Origin: Octopus bimaculoides
Taxonomy: Eukaryota
Length of the DNA stretch: 64,000 bases
Assembly (NCBI RefSeq): GCF_001194135.2
Contig: NC_068993.1
Coordinates: 56,283,210-56,347,209, forward strand
Direction: 5' to 3'
Shown here piece by piece: positions 1 through 10,782 of the stretch; the first letter of the stretch is position 1; each line of letters starts with the position of its first letter. The notes beneath the pieces are model-generated. The model worked only from the letters and a program-made list of their open reading frames with translations, was not told where the DNA came from and did not search any database. Made by a program: the position numbers and the translations under genes.

Positions 1-250
1 AGTACACTCTGACTGGCTCCCGTGCTGGTGGCACATAAAAAGCATTACCTGAATGTGATCGATGCCAGCGCTGCATGACTGGCTCCCTGTGCCGGTGGCA
101 CGTAAAAAGCACCCACTACACTCTCAGAATGGTTGGCGTTAGGAAGGGCAGCCATCTATAGAAACAGTCAGATCAGATTGAAGCCTGGTGCAGCACCTGG
201 CTCTTCACACCTCAGTCAAACCATCCAACCCATGCCAGCATGGAAAACGG
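1..250 (+). mobile_element. RTE-X LINE 3'-tail repeat
   Basis: Same sequence as 19716-19970 (gtggcacgtaaaaagcacccactacactct...ttaggaaggg...catgccagcatggaaaacggacg). Confidence 0.75.
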
Positions 251-610
251 ACGTATATATGACGGGCTTGTTTCGGTTTCCGCCTACCAAATCCACTCAC
301 AAAGTTCTGGTCGCCCCAAGGCTATAGCAGAAGACCCTTGCCCTAGGTGCCACGCAGTGGGACTGAACCTGGAATCATGTGGTTGGGAAGCAAACTTCTT
401 ACCACACAGCCATATCTATCTTTATGTTCTGAGTTCGAATTTCGCCGTGGTCGACTTTGCTTTCCACCCTTTGGGAGGTCAATAAAATAAGTACCAGTTG
501 AGTACTTGGTGGTGGTGGTGGTGGGGTGCGGTCAATGTAATCGACTATCACCTCACCACCACAAATTTCAGGCCTTGTGCCTATAGTAGAAAGGATATTA
601 AATAGTCTTA

Positions 611-811
611 CTCTTTTACTTGTTTCAGTCATTTGACTGTGGCCATGCTGGAGCACCGCCTTTAGTCGAGCAAATCGACCCCAGGACTCATTCTTTGGAT
701 GCCTAGTACTTATTCTATCGGTCTCTTTTGCCGAACTGCTAAGTTATGGGGACGTAAACACACCACCATCAGTTGTCAAGCGATGTTGGGGGGGGACAAA
801 CACAGACACAG

Positions 812-850
<39 letters not shown>

Positions 851-1022
851 CACGTACATATATACGACAGGCTTCTTCCAGTTTCTGTCTACCAAATCCA
901 CTCACAAGGCTTTGGTCGGCCCGAGGCTATAGTAAAAGACACTTGCCCAAGATGCCATGCAGTGGGAATGAACCCGGAACCATGTGGCTGGTAAGCAAGC
1001 TACTTACCACACAGCCACTCCT
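611..1022 (-). mobile_element. tRNA-derived SINE, family A (head, CA/TA microsatellite, body)
   Basis: Head on the minus strand gagtggctgtgtggtaagtagcttgc...gggttcattccc (A/B-box-like). Near-identical copies at 1930, 16705, 23664, 52655 and 59308. Confidence 0.85.
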
Positions 1023-1489
1023 CCAGCTAAACTATTTTCTTAATTCAGTATGAAAATGTTTTTTTATTTTCCAAAATGACCAGCAACTGTTTTTTATATC
1101 TGTCCAGTTGAATGAATGCCATCTGCTCGTTTCATTTTAAATACTGTTCTTATTCTTTTATTCTTTTTCCTTTATTAAACTATTTTCCTTGTATATTGCA
1201 ATAAATAAGTAAATACCAGTAAGAAAAAAAAAAAAGAAAAAAAAAAGCAAGTGTTACAATCAATAGTCTCTCTTTTCTACTCAATACAATAAACATTTTA
1301 TTCACTACACTGGTCCTGTTATTTGACACAATCATAAAGTATATTGAATATATATGCCTTAGTGTGTATGTGAGAATGAGTGTGTTTGCACGCATGCGTG
1401 TACGCATGTGTGTACGTGTATGAACATTTATCCCTACTACAATAAATACAATGTTTCAGATTATTTGATTAAACAAAACTCAAAGCTCT

Positions 1490-1822
1490 CTGGCTGTGTG
1501 CTAAGTAGCTTGCTTACCAACCACATGGATCCGGATTCAGTCCCACTGCGTGGCACCTTGGGCAAAACCTTGTAAATGGATTCAGTTGACGGAAACTGAA
1601 AGAAGCCTGTTGTCTGGTATGTGATGTGTGTCTGTGTGTATTTGTCTCCCACCACTGCTTGACAACCAGTGTTGATGTGTTTACATACCCATAACTTAGA
1701 AGTTCAGCAAAAGAGACCAATAGAATAAGGACCAGGCTTAACAAAAATTGAGCACTGGGGTCGATTCATTCAACTAAAGATAAAAGTTGTTCGAGGTGGT
1801 GCTCCAGCGTGGCCACAGTCCT
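1490..1822 (+). mobile_element. SINE family A, opposite orientation
   Basis: ggctgtgtgctaagtagcttgcttaccaaccacatgg...ggtgctccagcgtggccacagtc. Confidence 0.75.
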
Positions 1823-1929
1823 GTTGTTTGACACCATCACAAAGTATTTTGTATATATCAATGCCCCAGTGTGTGTGTGTGTGAGAGAGTGAGTGTTCGC
1901 ATGTGTGCGTGTACATGTGTGTGTATACT

Positions 1930-2396
1930 ATTTACTCTTTTATTTGTTTCGGTCATGTGACTGCGGCCATGCTGGAGCACCGCCTTGAGTCGAGCAAATC
2001 GACCCCAGGACTTATTCTATCGGTCTCTTTTGCCGAACCGCTAAGTTACGGGGACGCAAACACACCAGCATCGGTTGTCAAGCGATAATGNNNNNNNNNN
2101 NNNNNNNNNNNNNNNNNNNNNNNNNNNNNNNNNNNNNNNNNNNNNNNNNNNNNNNNNNNNNNNNNNNNNNNNNNNNNNNNNNNNNNNNNNNNNNNNNNNN
2201 NNNNNNNNNNNNNNNNNNNNNCATACATATATATGACGGGCTTCTTTCAGTTTCCGTCTACCAAATCCACTAACAAGGCCTTGGTCGGCCCGAGGCTATA
2301 GTAGAAGACACTTGCCCAAGATGCCACACAGTGGGACTGAACCCGGAACCATGTGGTTGGTAAGCAAGCTACTTACCACACAGCCACTCCTGCGCC
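1930..2396 (-). mobile_element. SINE family A (spans N gap)
   Basis: Same head and body as 611-1022. Confidence 0.85.
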
Positions 2397-2589
2397 GATA
2401 TTTTCAGAATGAGATGGCAGTGTAGGTGTGAGAGGCTGGATCTGGTCAGTCTGAAGATAAAACAAGTAGAACATGGGCTAAATGTGGCCAATTTAAATGC
2501 TAAAGGGTTAATTGGCAAAATACAACCATCCGTAAATCTAACAGTATGTACAGACGTTGATATTTGTTTATTCCTGTTACATTCTACAG

Positions 2590-4437
2590 GTCCTAATCAT
2601 GCCTGACAGCCATGATAATTGCCAGGAACTATTGAAGAAGATCCAAGATGAGTGCAAAAACAAAGGCCTTCCTGATTTCATGAAAAGGGAGTTCACCATG
2701 TTGCCGGCAACTACTGCGCAAAACAGTTCCAATATTCCCAAGATACGACTACTGCAATGGAATGTTCTAGCACAAGGTAAATTTCTCCAAATAAAAATTC
2801 TCTATTAGCTTCTGTCTCTTTTGTGCGTCTGTTTCACTAGGCTGTAAGGACATCATTGCCAGCTTCTTTCCGATAGTTTGATAATTTTAGGCTGGTTGTT
2901 ATTGATGTTTAGCTCCAGGTCAAGACCTGACCCAACACCCCTTTCATTGAAAGCGTTCCAGCTATGTTATTATCTTCTTCTGGTTCTGATCTAACAAGCC
3001 TCCATGATTGTATATATGAGTATGTATGTTGAAATATGTATATACATATATAAGGAGGTGTCTTGTGTATATATATATGTATGTATATACATACATACAT
3101 ACATACATATATACAAGATAAGGCATAAATAATGGTCATTATATATTTGTTTATTGTAGTAAATTATGTAGATTTTCACTAAATTAAAGAATATTCTTTT
3201 CTCCTCTACGCGCAAGGCCTGAAATTTTGGGGGAGGGGGGGCAGTCAATTAGATTGACCCTAGTACGCAACTGTTACTTAATTTATCGACCCCGAAAGGA
3301 TAAAAGGCAAAGTTGACCTTGGTAGAATTTGAACTCAGAACGTAAAGACAGATGAAATACTGCTAAGCGTTTCACCCGGCATGCTAACATTTCTGCCAGC
3401 TCGCCCCATCTTAGTAATCTGAACAATATTGTTAGCCTGGTGTACTAAGAGAGAACTTATAAAGTATTTTGCCTGGATTAATAATGACTCTGTATTGTAT
3501 ATACAGATAGACAGACAGGCATATAGACTCGGACAGATAGCTAAGAAAGATTGAACTGTTTTCACTGTTGCATAATTCTGTAATCCAGTTATTTTTCTCT
3601 CTTTCAGCATTGTCAGTAGGAACAGACAATTTCATCTTGTGTCCTATGAGTGCACTTTCTTGGGATACAAGAAAACTTCGAATCCTAGAAGGTATTCTAA
3701 ACAACAATCCAGATGTTATCTGTTTAGAAGAAGTCGATCACTTTGACTATTTATCCTCACATTTGACATCTGTTGGGTATTCTGGAATTTTTCAGCCTAA
3801 ACCAGATTCTCCTTGTCTGTATTTAAGCAACTCTATGGGACCTGATGGTTGTGCCTTATTTTACCGAAAAGATTACTTAAAACTGTTGGATTTCCAGAAA
3901 ATTGGTCTTAAAAGCGAAGATGGGAAGCTGATGAACCAAGTAGCCATTCACTGCTTGTTGAAGATTATTTCTGGTGCTGAAGACGGCAAAGACAAATTCT
4001 CTGTAATTGTCACTCATTTGAAAGCAAAAGATGGCTTTGAGAAACTACGTTACGAAGAGGGTAATTTCATCTTGGACTATATCCATAAGAATGCCAAATC
4101 ATGGCCAGTTATTGTCTGTGGAGACTTCAATGCAGATCCCATGGAGGAAGTCTACAAATCTTTCTCAAAGAGTGATCTTAAACTGTTTAGTGCCTACACA
4201 AAATTGTCAGACGAAGGCAGTGAACCATCATATACAACGTGGAAAGTGCGTGATTCTCCAACAGGACCAGTAGAAATTTGTCGGACTATTGACTACATAT
4301 GGTGCAGTCAAAAGTCTTTAGAAATTCTTTCACTGCTCGATCTCCCCAAAGATGAAGACGTTGGACAAAACCGTCTACCTTCACATTCCTACCCATCTGA
4401 TCATCTTTCTTTAGTTTGTGACTTCCAATTAATCTAA
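2590..4437 (+). CDS. NOCT: Nocturnin (CCR4-like EEP-family NADP(H) 2'-phosphatase); coding exons 2590-2776 and 3608-4437; 5' exon(s) probably upstream of the window
   Basis: Acceptor ctacag|2590, donor CAAG|gtaaat at 2777, acceptor ctttcag|3608. The phase-1 join gives IRLLQWNVLAQALSVGTDNF. EEP/nocturnin motifs are present: DVICLEEVDH, PKPDSPC, GPDGCALFY, THLKA, GDFNA, YTTWK, TIDYIW, YPSDH. Stop TAA 4435-4437. In-frame ATG at 2599. Confidence 0.95.
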
Positions 4438-5289
4438 CATCTTCATTGAGTTGTCATTGCCTTCTTCTTTTTCTTCTTCTTCCTTAACATTTCTCCTTCT
4501 TCATTGCCTCTTCTGCCTCATCTTCATCATTAATATGTTTTCATTTGCTTTTCTATTCCTCATCTTCTTTCCTACTCCCCCCCCCCCCNNNNNNNNNNNN
4601 NNNNNNNNNNNNNNNNNNNNNNNNNNNNNNNNNNCCCACTTTCTCCTTCCTTCTTTTTTTCTCTCCTTTATTTTGCCTTTTTCATCTTCTTTTATGAATC
4701 TCACCAACTCCCATTTCTGCAAATGTGATATACATATATTTTACAAGAAACAAAATTTTAACAACACAAAATTACACAGAATTAATTTAAACAATTAAAA
4801 TCACTGACACACAAAAAAAAAATCAAAGTAACATAAAAAAAAAAAAATGAAAAAAATACTCACCTAAACTCTCCTGTACAGTTTAACACAAACACTTTTA
4901 TCAAGTAAATATATATACTGTACATTTCTAATCATATTATTCAGAAAATTATAAATTTTAAATTTTGACTCCTATTTTGCTTGTCTATTTTTATTATTTA
5001 TCTTAAAATTACCCATCATTCTATTGCAGATGTTTATCTTTTTTTTGACAAGAATTTTGTGTGTTTGTAGTTGTTTAAAACCCATGGCAGTTTTGATTCA
5101 TCAAACTGATGATGTTGATACCCGTGGGGGTGTGATACTTTGTAAAATTCGATTTTGATTTAGTGGAGCCATTTGATATATATAGATTAACCAAATAGAT
5201 GCACATGTATGAACTGCTAATTTAACGGTAAATGCCACAATAATAATTATAGATAAAATTTCTTGATATATATATATATATATATCATC

Positions 5290-5635
5290 ATAATCATCAT
5301 CATCGTTTAACGTCCGCCTTCCATGCTAGCATGGGTTGGACGATTTGACTGAGGACTGGCAAACCAGAAAGCTGCACCAGGCTCCAATCTGATCTGGCAG
5401 AGTTTCTACAGCTGGATGCCCTTCCTAGTGCCAACCACTCCGAGAGTGTAGTGGGTGCTTTTACGTGCTACCGGCACGAGGACCAGTCAGGCGGTACTGT
5501 CAACGGCCACGCTCAAAATGGTGTTTTTTACGTGCCACCTGCACAGGAGGGTGTTTTTATGTGCCACCTGCACAGGAGCCAGTCCAGCAGCACTGGCAAC
5601 GACCTCACTCGAATGTTTTTTCACATGCCACCGGC
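5290..5635 (-). mobile_element. RTE-X LINE 3'-tail repeat with a short internal tandem duplication (5521-5580)
   Basis: Reverse complement of the 19716-19970 tail, starting with (CAT)n. Confidence 0.8.
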
Positions 5636-6771
5636 ACAAGTGCCAGAAGATATATATATATACACAAAAAAGTAACAAGTTTACAAGGATTTTTTTTTCT
5701 TTAAATTTTATATGTAAAATATATTTAAACAAAAAAACAAGAACAGTAACAATAACATTTTTTCTTCTTCCATCCTTCTTCTCAAATTTCTTTCAGCAAA
5801 TAAAATAAAAGTTTGTTCTGTATAGATATAAATCTTTCAAGTTAATAGGATCATTGATATCAGCAGAAGTTAACGTACCACAGACAACAACACACCAAAA
5901 TACAGTCACTTCAGTTGCAGTTCATTTCGGATATATACCAAAATAACATATTTATATCCTTGAGGTTTAAAAGGGAGGTGGTAGTGGTGGGCCCTCATTT
6001 TGGCAAGAAATCGGTGTGTATGTGTGAGGAGGAGTTGTCACTTCAAATGAAATAAAAAGATGTGACACAAGGTATTTCATACAAGAAAGTTACCCAGTTT
6101 TTTTTGTTTTCTTTTTTTTTTATTTTGCTTTTCACTGGAAGAATAATTTAAATAAATTTTCGTTTCTTTGGTTAGAAGTAGAGTCGTGAGAGTGCGTGTG
6201 ATTTCACACAGACTCTTGGGAGACCAACAAAAATCTCAAGAAAGCCCAAATTTGAGTGAAGGGTAAATATAAGTGTGAGCACATTTTTGTGTGTAGTTGT
6301 GTGTGTGTTTGAGCTGCCTTAAGGTTACGCATTCAAGATATCAGTAAAGATATGTGATGAAAGCTTGTTACTCGAGTGAGAGTGAAGTTTAACTGTCTCT
6401 CTAAGCTGTGCGATGCTCACACTTCTTGGGATAACAATGAGCAAAGAGACACGAGGAAACCTTGACACTTGAGTGAGAGTGAAACCTATCTGTGTTGTTA
6501 GCTGTATGATACACACTCTCACTAGGAATGAAAGACCTGAGAAAAGTCACATGCTTAAATAAGAGTGAAGCTTAACTATCTGCTTGCACTTACACTCAAA
6601 AAGATAACAGAGATAACATTTAACATGAGGTAAGCATGACATTTGAGTGGGAGTAAACGTCTGTATATATATGTTTAATAGTCACACTCTTGGGAAGTTA
6701 GTGAGTAAAAGGAAACACTTGAGTGTGAGGAGTCATTTGTGTCCAGAGGTTTAACAATGATGGTGACATTC

Positions 6772-9289
6772 TCATGATATATGTGAAGCAGGAGTTGTGG
6801 GTGATGGGGACATCTGAGGAAAGGACGAGGTTACACTGGGGTTCTGCTGGATAAGTTCTCTGTGGCAGGAATAGCTGTGGGGGCTGATTTGAATTGGAAT
6901 ATGGTGTATCAGTGTTGGGTCCATCACTTGGAACACAAGCTGTAAAGTAAAGAAAAATAATTGATTTATTAATTAATAAACAATAATTAATTGTGGCAAA
7001 ACATTTTCTTTAGCCTGATATAAAATCAACCCTAACCATAACGAGAACTACAGTTAAAGAAGGGTCTCAAGACAAATATAAATGTTGAGGGCTTATTATC
7101 AAACCCTAGGTCTACATTACTCCTTAGGGGTCATAAGGCCAGTTTTCTGGTTTCTCTGGTGTATATATTCCTTCCTGGAAAGGGATGCCAGTCTGTCATA
7201 GGATTACTCGTTTTTACCAGCTGAGTGGACTGGTGCGATGTGAAATGAAGTGTTTTGCTCAAGAACACAATGAATCACCCAGTCTAGGAATTGAAACAAC
7301 AATCTTATGCTCATGAGTCCCAAACCCTAACCACTGGGCCATGTGTCTCCATGAGCTGAACTATGATAAACAGCAATCTATCCATAAGGTAGCACATCTG
7401 GCACTTTACTAATTCTGCTGCTCATTACTCTAATGTTAATATTAATCATTGTTCCCCAAAGTTTGGAATGATGTTACCATGGTTATAGAAATCTCTGTTA
7501 CTGGACACAACAATGATTACCTTTTAATGATGATAATAGAAAGGTTTCAAATTTTTGCACAAGGCAGTAATTTTAAGGGGAGGGGTTAGTTAATTACATC
7601 AACTCTAGTACTCAACAGATACTTATTTTATCAACCCCAAGAGGATGCAAAGTAAAGTTGGCCTTGGTAAGATTTGAACTCAGAATGTAAAGAGTCGGAA
7701 GAAATGCCTGTTTTGGCCAACACATTTAACAATTCAGCCACATTCGTGTCTTGTTTCTTTTAATAATAATGGTTTCACATTTTGGCACAAAGCCAGCAAT
7801 TTTGGCGGGGAAGGGGGCAAGTCAATTACATCGACCCAGTGTTCAACCGGTACTTATTTAATCAACCCAGAAAGGATGAAAGGCAAGATCGACCCCAGCA
7901 GACACCTTTTAATAATAATGAAAGCAAATAATTTGTTAAACAGGTGTGAAGTCATTGGTTAATAAAATAAGATTTTTTCCAAATAATACATTATTTACAC
8001 AATTCTTGATTTTTTTATTGCCCACAAGGGGCTAAACGAAGAAGAAACAACAAAGAACATTACACATGGGGCCAAAATCGAGTGAAAATGAATAAGTAAA
8101 ATGAACAAATAAAAGGATGGAACTGTTCCAACATCTAGGATGGTACTTGGTGACAGGAAGAACATTCGATTGCAGAAAATCTGCATCAATAAATTTTGTC
8201 TGCCAGTACCGTGTGACTGGCACTCGTGCCGGTGGCATGTAAAAGCTCCCACTACACTCGGAGTGGTTGGCGTTAGGAAGGGCATCCAGCTGTAGAAACC
8301 ATGCCAAATCAGCTTGGAGCCTGGTGCAGCCTTCTGGTTTGCTAGTCCTCAGTCAAATCGTCCAACCCATGCTAGCATGGAAAGCGGACGTTAAATGATG
8401 ATGATGAACAATAAAAGAGTGATTATGAAGATGATGATTTCTGACACTACACCATTGTATTATAATGTTCAATATACTCTGTTTTACTACTTCTGGTACA
8501 TCACATGCATGCACACGTGTACATCCATGCCCAAAGAATGGAGACCCTTACCTCAATGTAGGGATAAAAAGCTGACTGGTCTGTGATTTTGAAATAAGAT
8601 TCTGTATCAAACAGCAACTTATACACTGTTGTCTTAACGATTTTTTGTCCAGCAAGGAATGCAACATGGCCATCAATGCTACTGGCACTGGAATTAAAGA
8701 AATACAAACATGTCAAAAAAACAATGAGAACAACCCAATCACTAACACACTGATCCTTTCTTCTAAAACATGATAAGCCATGTGGTTTCTCAACAAGAAA
8801 TCTGTTTTGCTTTGGCCCTCTTCTTTCATACTTCAATCCAGCACTGGATTAATCATTAAGCAAAATGATCATGTGCTTAATGAATCAAGGAAAGGAGGGT
8901 ACCACAGAAATGATAAATGGTTTATGGCACAAAAGAAATCACTTCAAACTTGCTAAAACAAGTATTCCAAGTGGTTTATATGATTGGAAATATAATTTCG
9001 AAGTGTTCATGGTGTCATAGAGAGGAGTAGATCAAACCAGTATGAACCAATCAAGACTCAAACTGTACAAAATGATGAGTATTTTTCTTACTTAGAATGT
9101 TCAACTCCTTTTGTTTTTTTGTTTTTTTTTTCAGAAACTGCACTTTAGTGTTAAACAAGTTTCTTACCTTTTCTGAAGCAGTTTCCAAGATCGCTTCTCA
9201 ATCTGAATAAATAATAAGACAGGTACCCCAGTTGCAGGCAGACCTTTGGAAATATCAAATACATGGCTAGAAATTGGAGAAGTTACTTC
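6772..9289 (-). CDS. URAH: 5-hydroxyisourate hydrolase / transthyretin-like domain, divergent; exons 9289-9168, 8687-8552, 6939-6772
   Basis: All three junctions are GT-AG and phase-compatible (2, then 0). Spliced product: EVTSPISSHVFDISKGLPATGVPVLLFIQIEKRSWKLLQKSASSIDGHVAFLAGQKIVKTTVYKLLFDTESYFKITDQSAFYPYIELVFQVMDPTLIHHIPIQISPHSYSCHRELIQQNPSVTSSFPQMSPSPTTPASHIS*. It matches the HIUase/TTR motifs HVxDxxxGxPA, YKLxFDT, FYPYxE and HxP...SPxSY. The first exon has an acceptor and no ATG. Confidence 0.88.
8200..8405 (+). mobile_element. RTE-X LINE 3'-tail repeat (intronic)
   Basis: Matches 19800-19965 and ends in (ATG)n. Confidence 0.8.
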
Positions 9290-10263
9290 CTGCAAAATAA
9301 TGTCGTTATGGAAAGGAATTAATGAGAATTGTAATGGGAGAAAAAAACAGAAAGGGAAATACATGAAGAACTGAGAGGGAAATTAACAAAAAGAGAGAGA
9401 GAGCAGAAAAACAAAGGGAGGGAGTGAAAACTGAAGTCTAAAGGATATATTTCTTTTACATCATTTTCCCCAATCTTTTTATCCAATCTAAATTGGTTAC
9501 AACAGGTATTTTTATAACCATTCTTCGCTGGGATAATTGGATACTACAACCTAAAACACATTCAACCATGAAATAGCAGTTGAGCCTGTTTTGGTTTTGT
9601 TTGCCAAACCAGGGGAAACAGTTATCTACCTTGCTCAATGATATAACACAAGCTGTCATAAATTTCATATATCATCGTCGCCTGTTGCTATAGTAGGTGT
9701 TCAAGGTGTCACGTAGTGGGGGGGTCAATCTGAAATTGTGTGGGTGGGAAGTGAACTTCTTAACCACACAGATATGCCAAAGTGGTTAGTGTTAGGAAAG
9801 GCATCCAACCATAGAAACCACGCCAAAGCAAATAGCAGAGCTTGGCGTCGTCTTCTGACTTCCCAGTTCCTGTCAAACCATCTGAGCCATGCAGGCATGC
9901 TAAATAGATGTTAAATGATGATAATATATACATACATACATAAATATATATATATATTATGTATATAATATAGTAATAACCCTAGCTGGAATTTATAAAT
10001 ATTTTAGATATTTCAAAATATTTATAAATTCCAGCCAAGGATTATTATTATTATTATTGTTATTATTACTATATTCATCCTACATTATATCACCACAGAT
10101 TGGTGCGACCCAAAAAAACTGGTATTTCCAGTTGGCATCATTAGGTTTTGGCTGGCATAATGGAATAGCGTATTCAAAATGTTTCCCCGTAAATGAACTT
10201 AAAGGATATGTATGTATGAATGTATATATGTATGTGTGTGTGTACTCTATGTGTGTATGTATG

Positions 10264-10402
10264 TGTTATAAAACAAAGAACTGTGTGCGATCGGCAGTCC
10301 AGTGTTGGTAGCAGTTCACTGTGAGCCTCTGATATTGAGTGTTGAGTCTTGTGTAATAGTAATAGTAGTGTGTCGTGTAAACACTTTCTTCCCCCTGCTT
10401 CA
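10264..10402 (+). mobile_element. Partial LTR homologous to 51604-51744
   Basis: tgttataaaacaaagaactgtgtgcgatcggcagt...gcagttcactgtgagcc...gagtcttgtgtaatagta...ctttcttccccctgcttc aligns colinearly with the Gypsy LTR. Confidence 0.75.
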
Positions 10403-10404
10403 TA

Positions 10405-10705
10405 AAAAGCACCATTTGATGGCGTGGTCATTGCCACTGCCATCAGAGTGGTCCTGTGCTGGTGGCACGTAAACGGCACCATTTCAGTGTGGTCAATGCC
10501 AGTGGCCTCATGCTGGTCGCACCTAAAAAGTATTTACTACACTCTTGGAGTGGTTGGTGTTAGGAAGGGCATCTAACCGTAGAAACCTTACCAGATCACA
10601 CTGGAACCTGATGCAGCCTCCTGGCTTGCCAGTCCTCAGCCAAACTGACCAACCCATGCCAGCATGGAATGCGGACATTAAACAATGATGATGATGATGA
10701 TAGTG
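10405..10705 (+). mobile_element. RTE-X LINE 3'-tail repeat (intronic)
   Basis: Same family motifs, ends in (ATG)n. Confidence 0.75.
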
Positions 10706-10782
10706 ATGACAACCAGGTCTATCACAGATCTGCTGATGAGCAAAGAAAAGCAAAGCGGAAGAGAACTAGAAGCACAAAAATG

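Noticed and set aside
9630-9668. Possible independent first exon for the HIUase-like gene (ATG...MKFMTACVISLSK|gtagat, phase 0)
   Set aside because: Not called as a feature. It is phase-compatible but short, resembles neither a PTS2 nor a clear signal peptide, and has no promoter evidence. It remains the main alternative to the fusion model.
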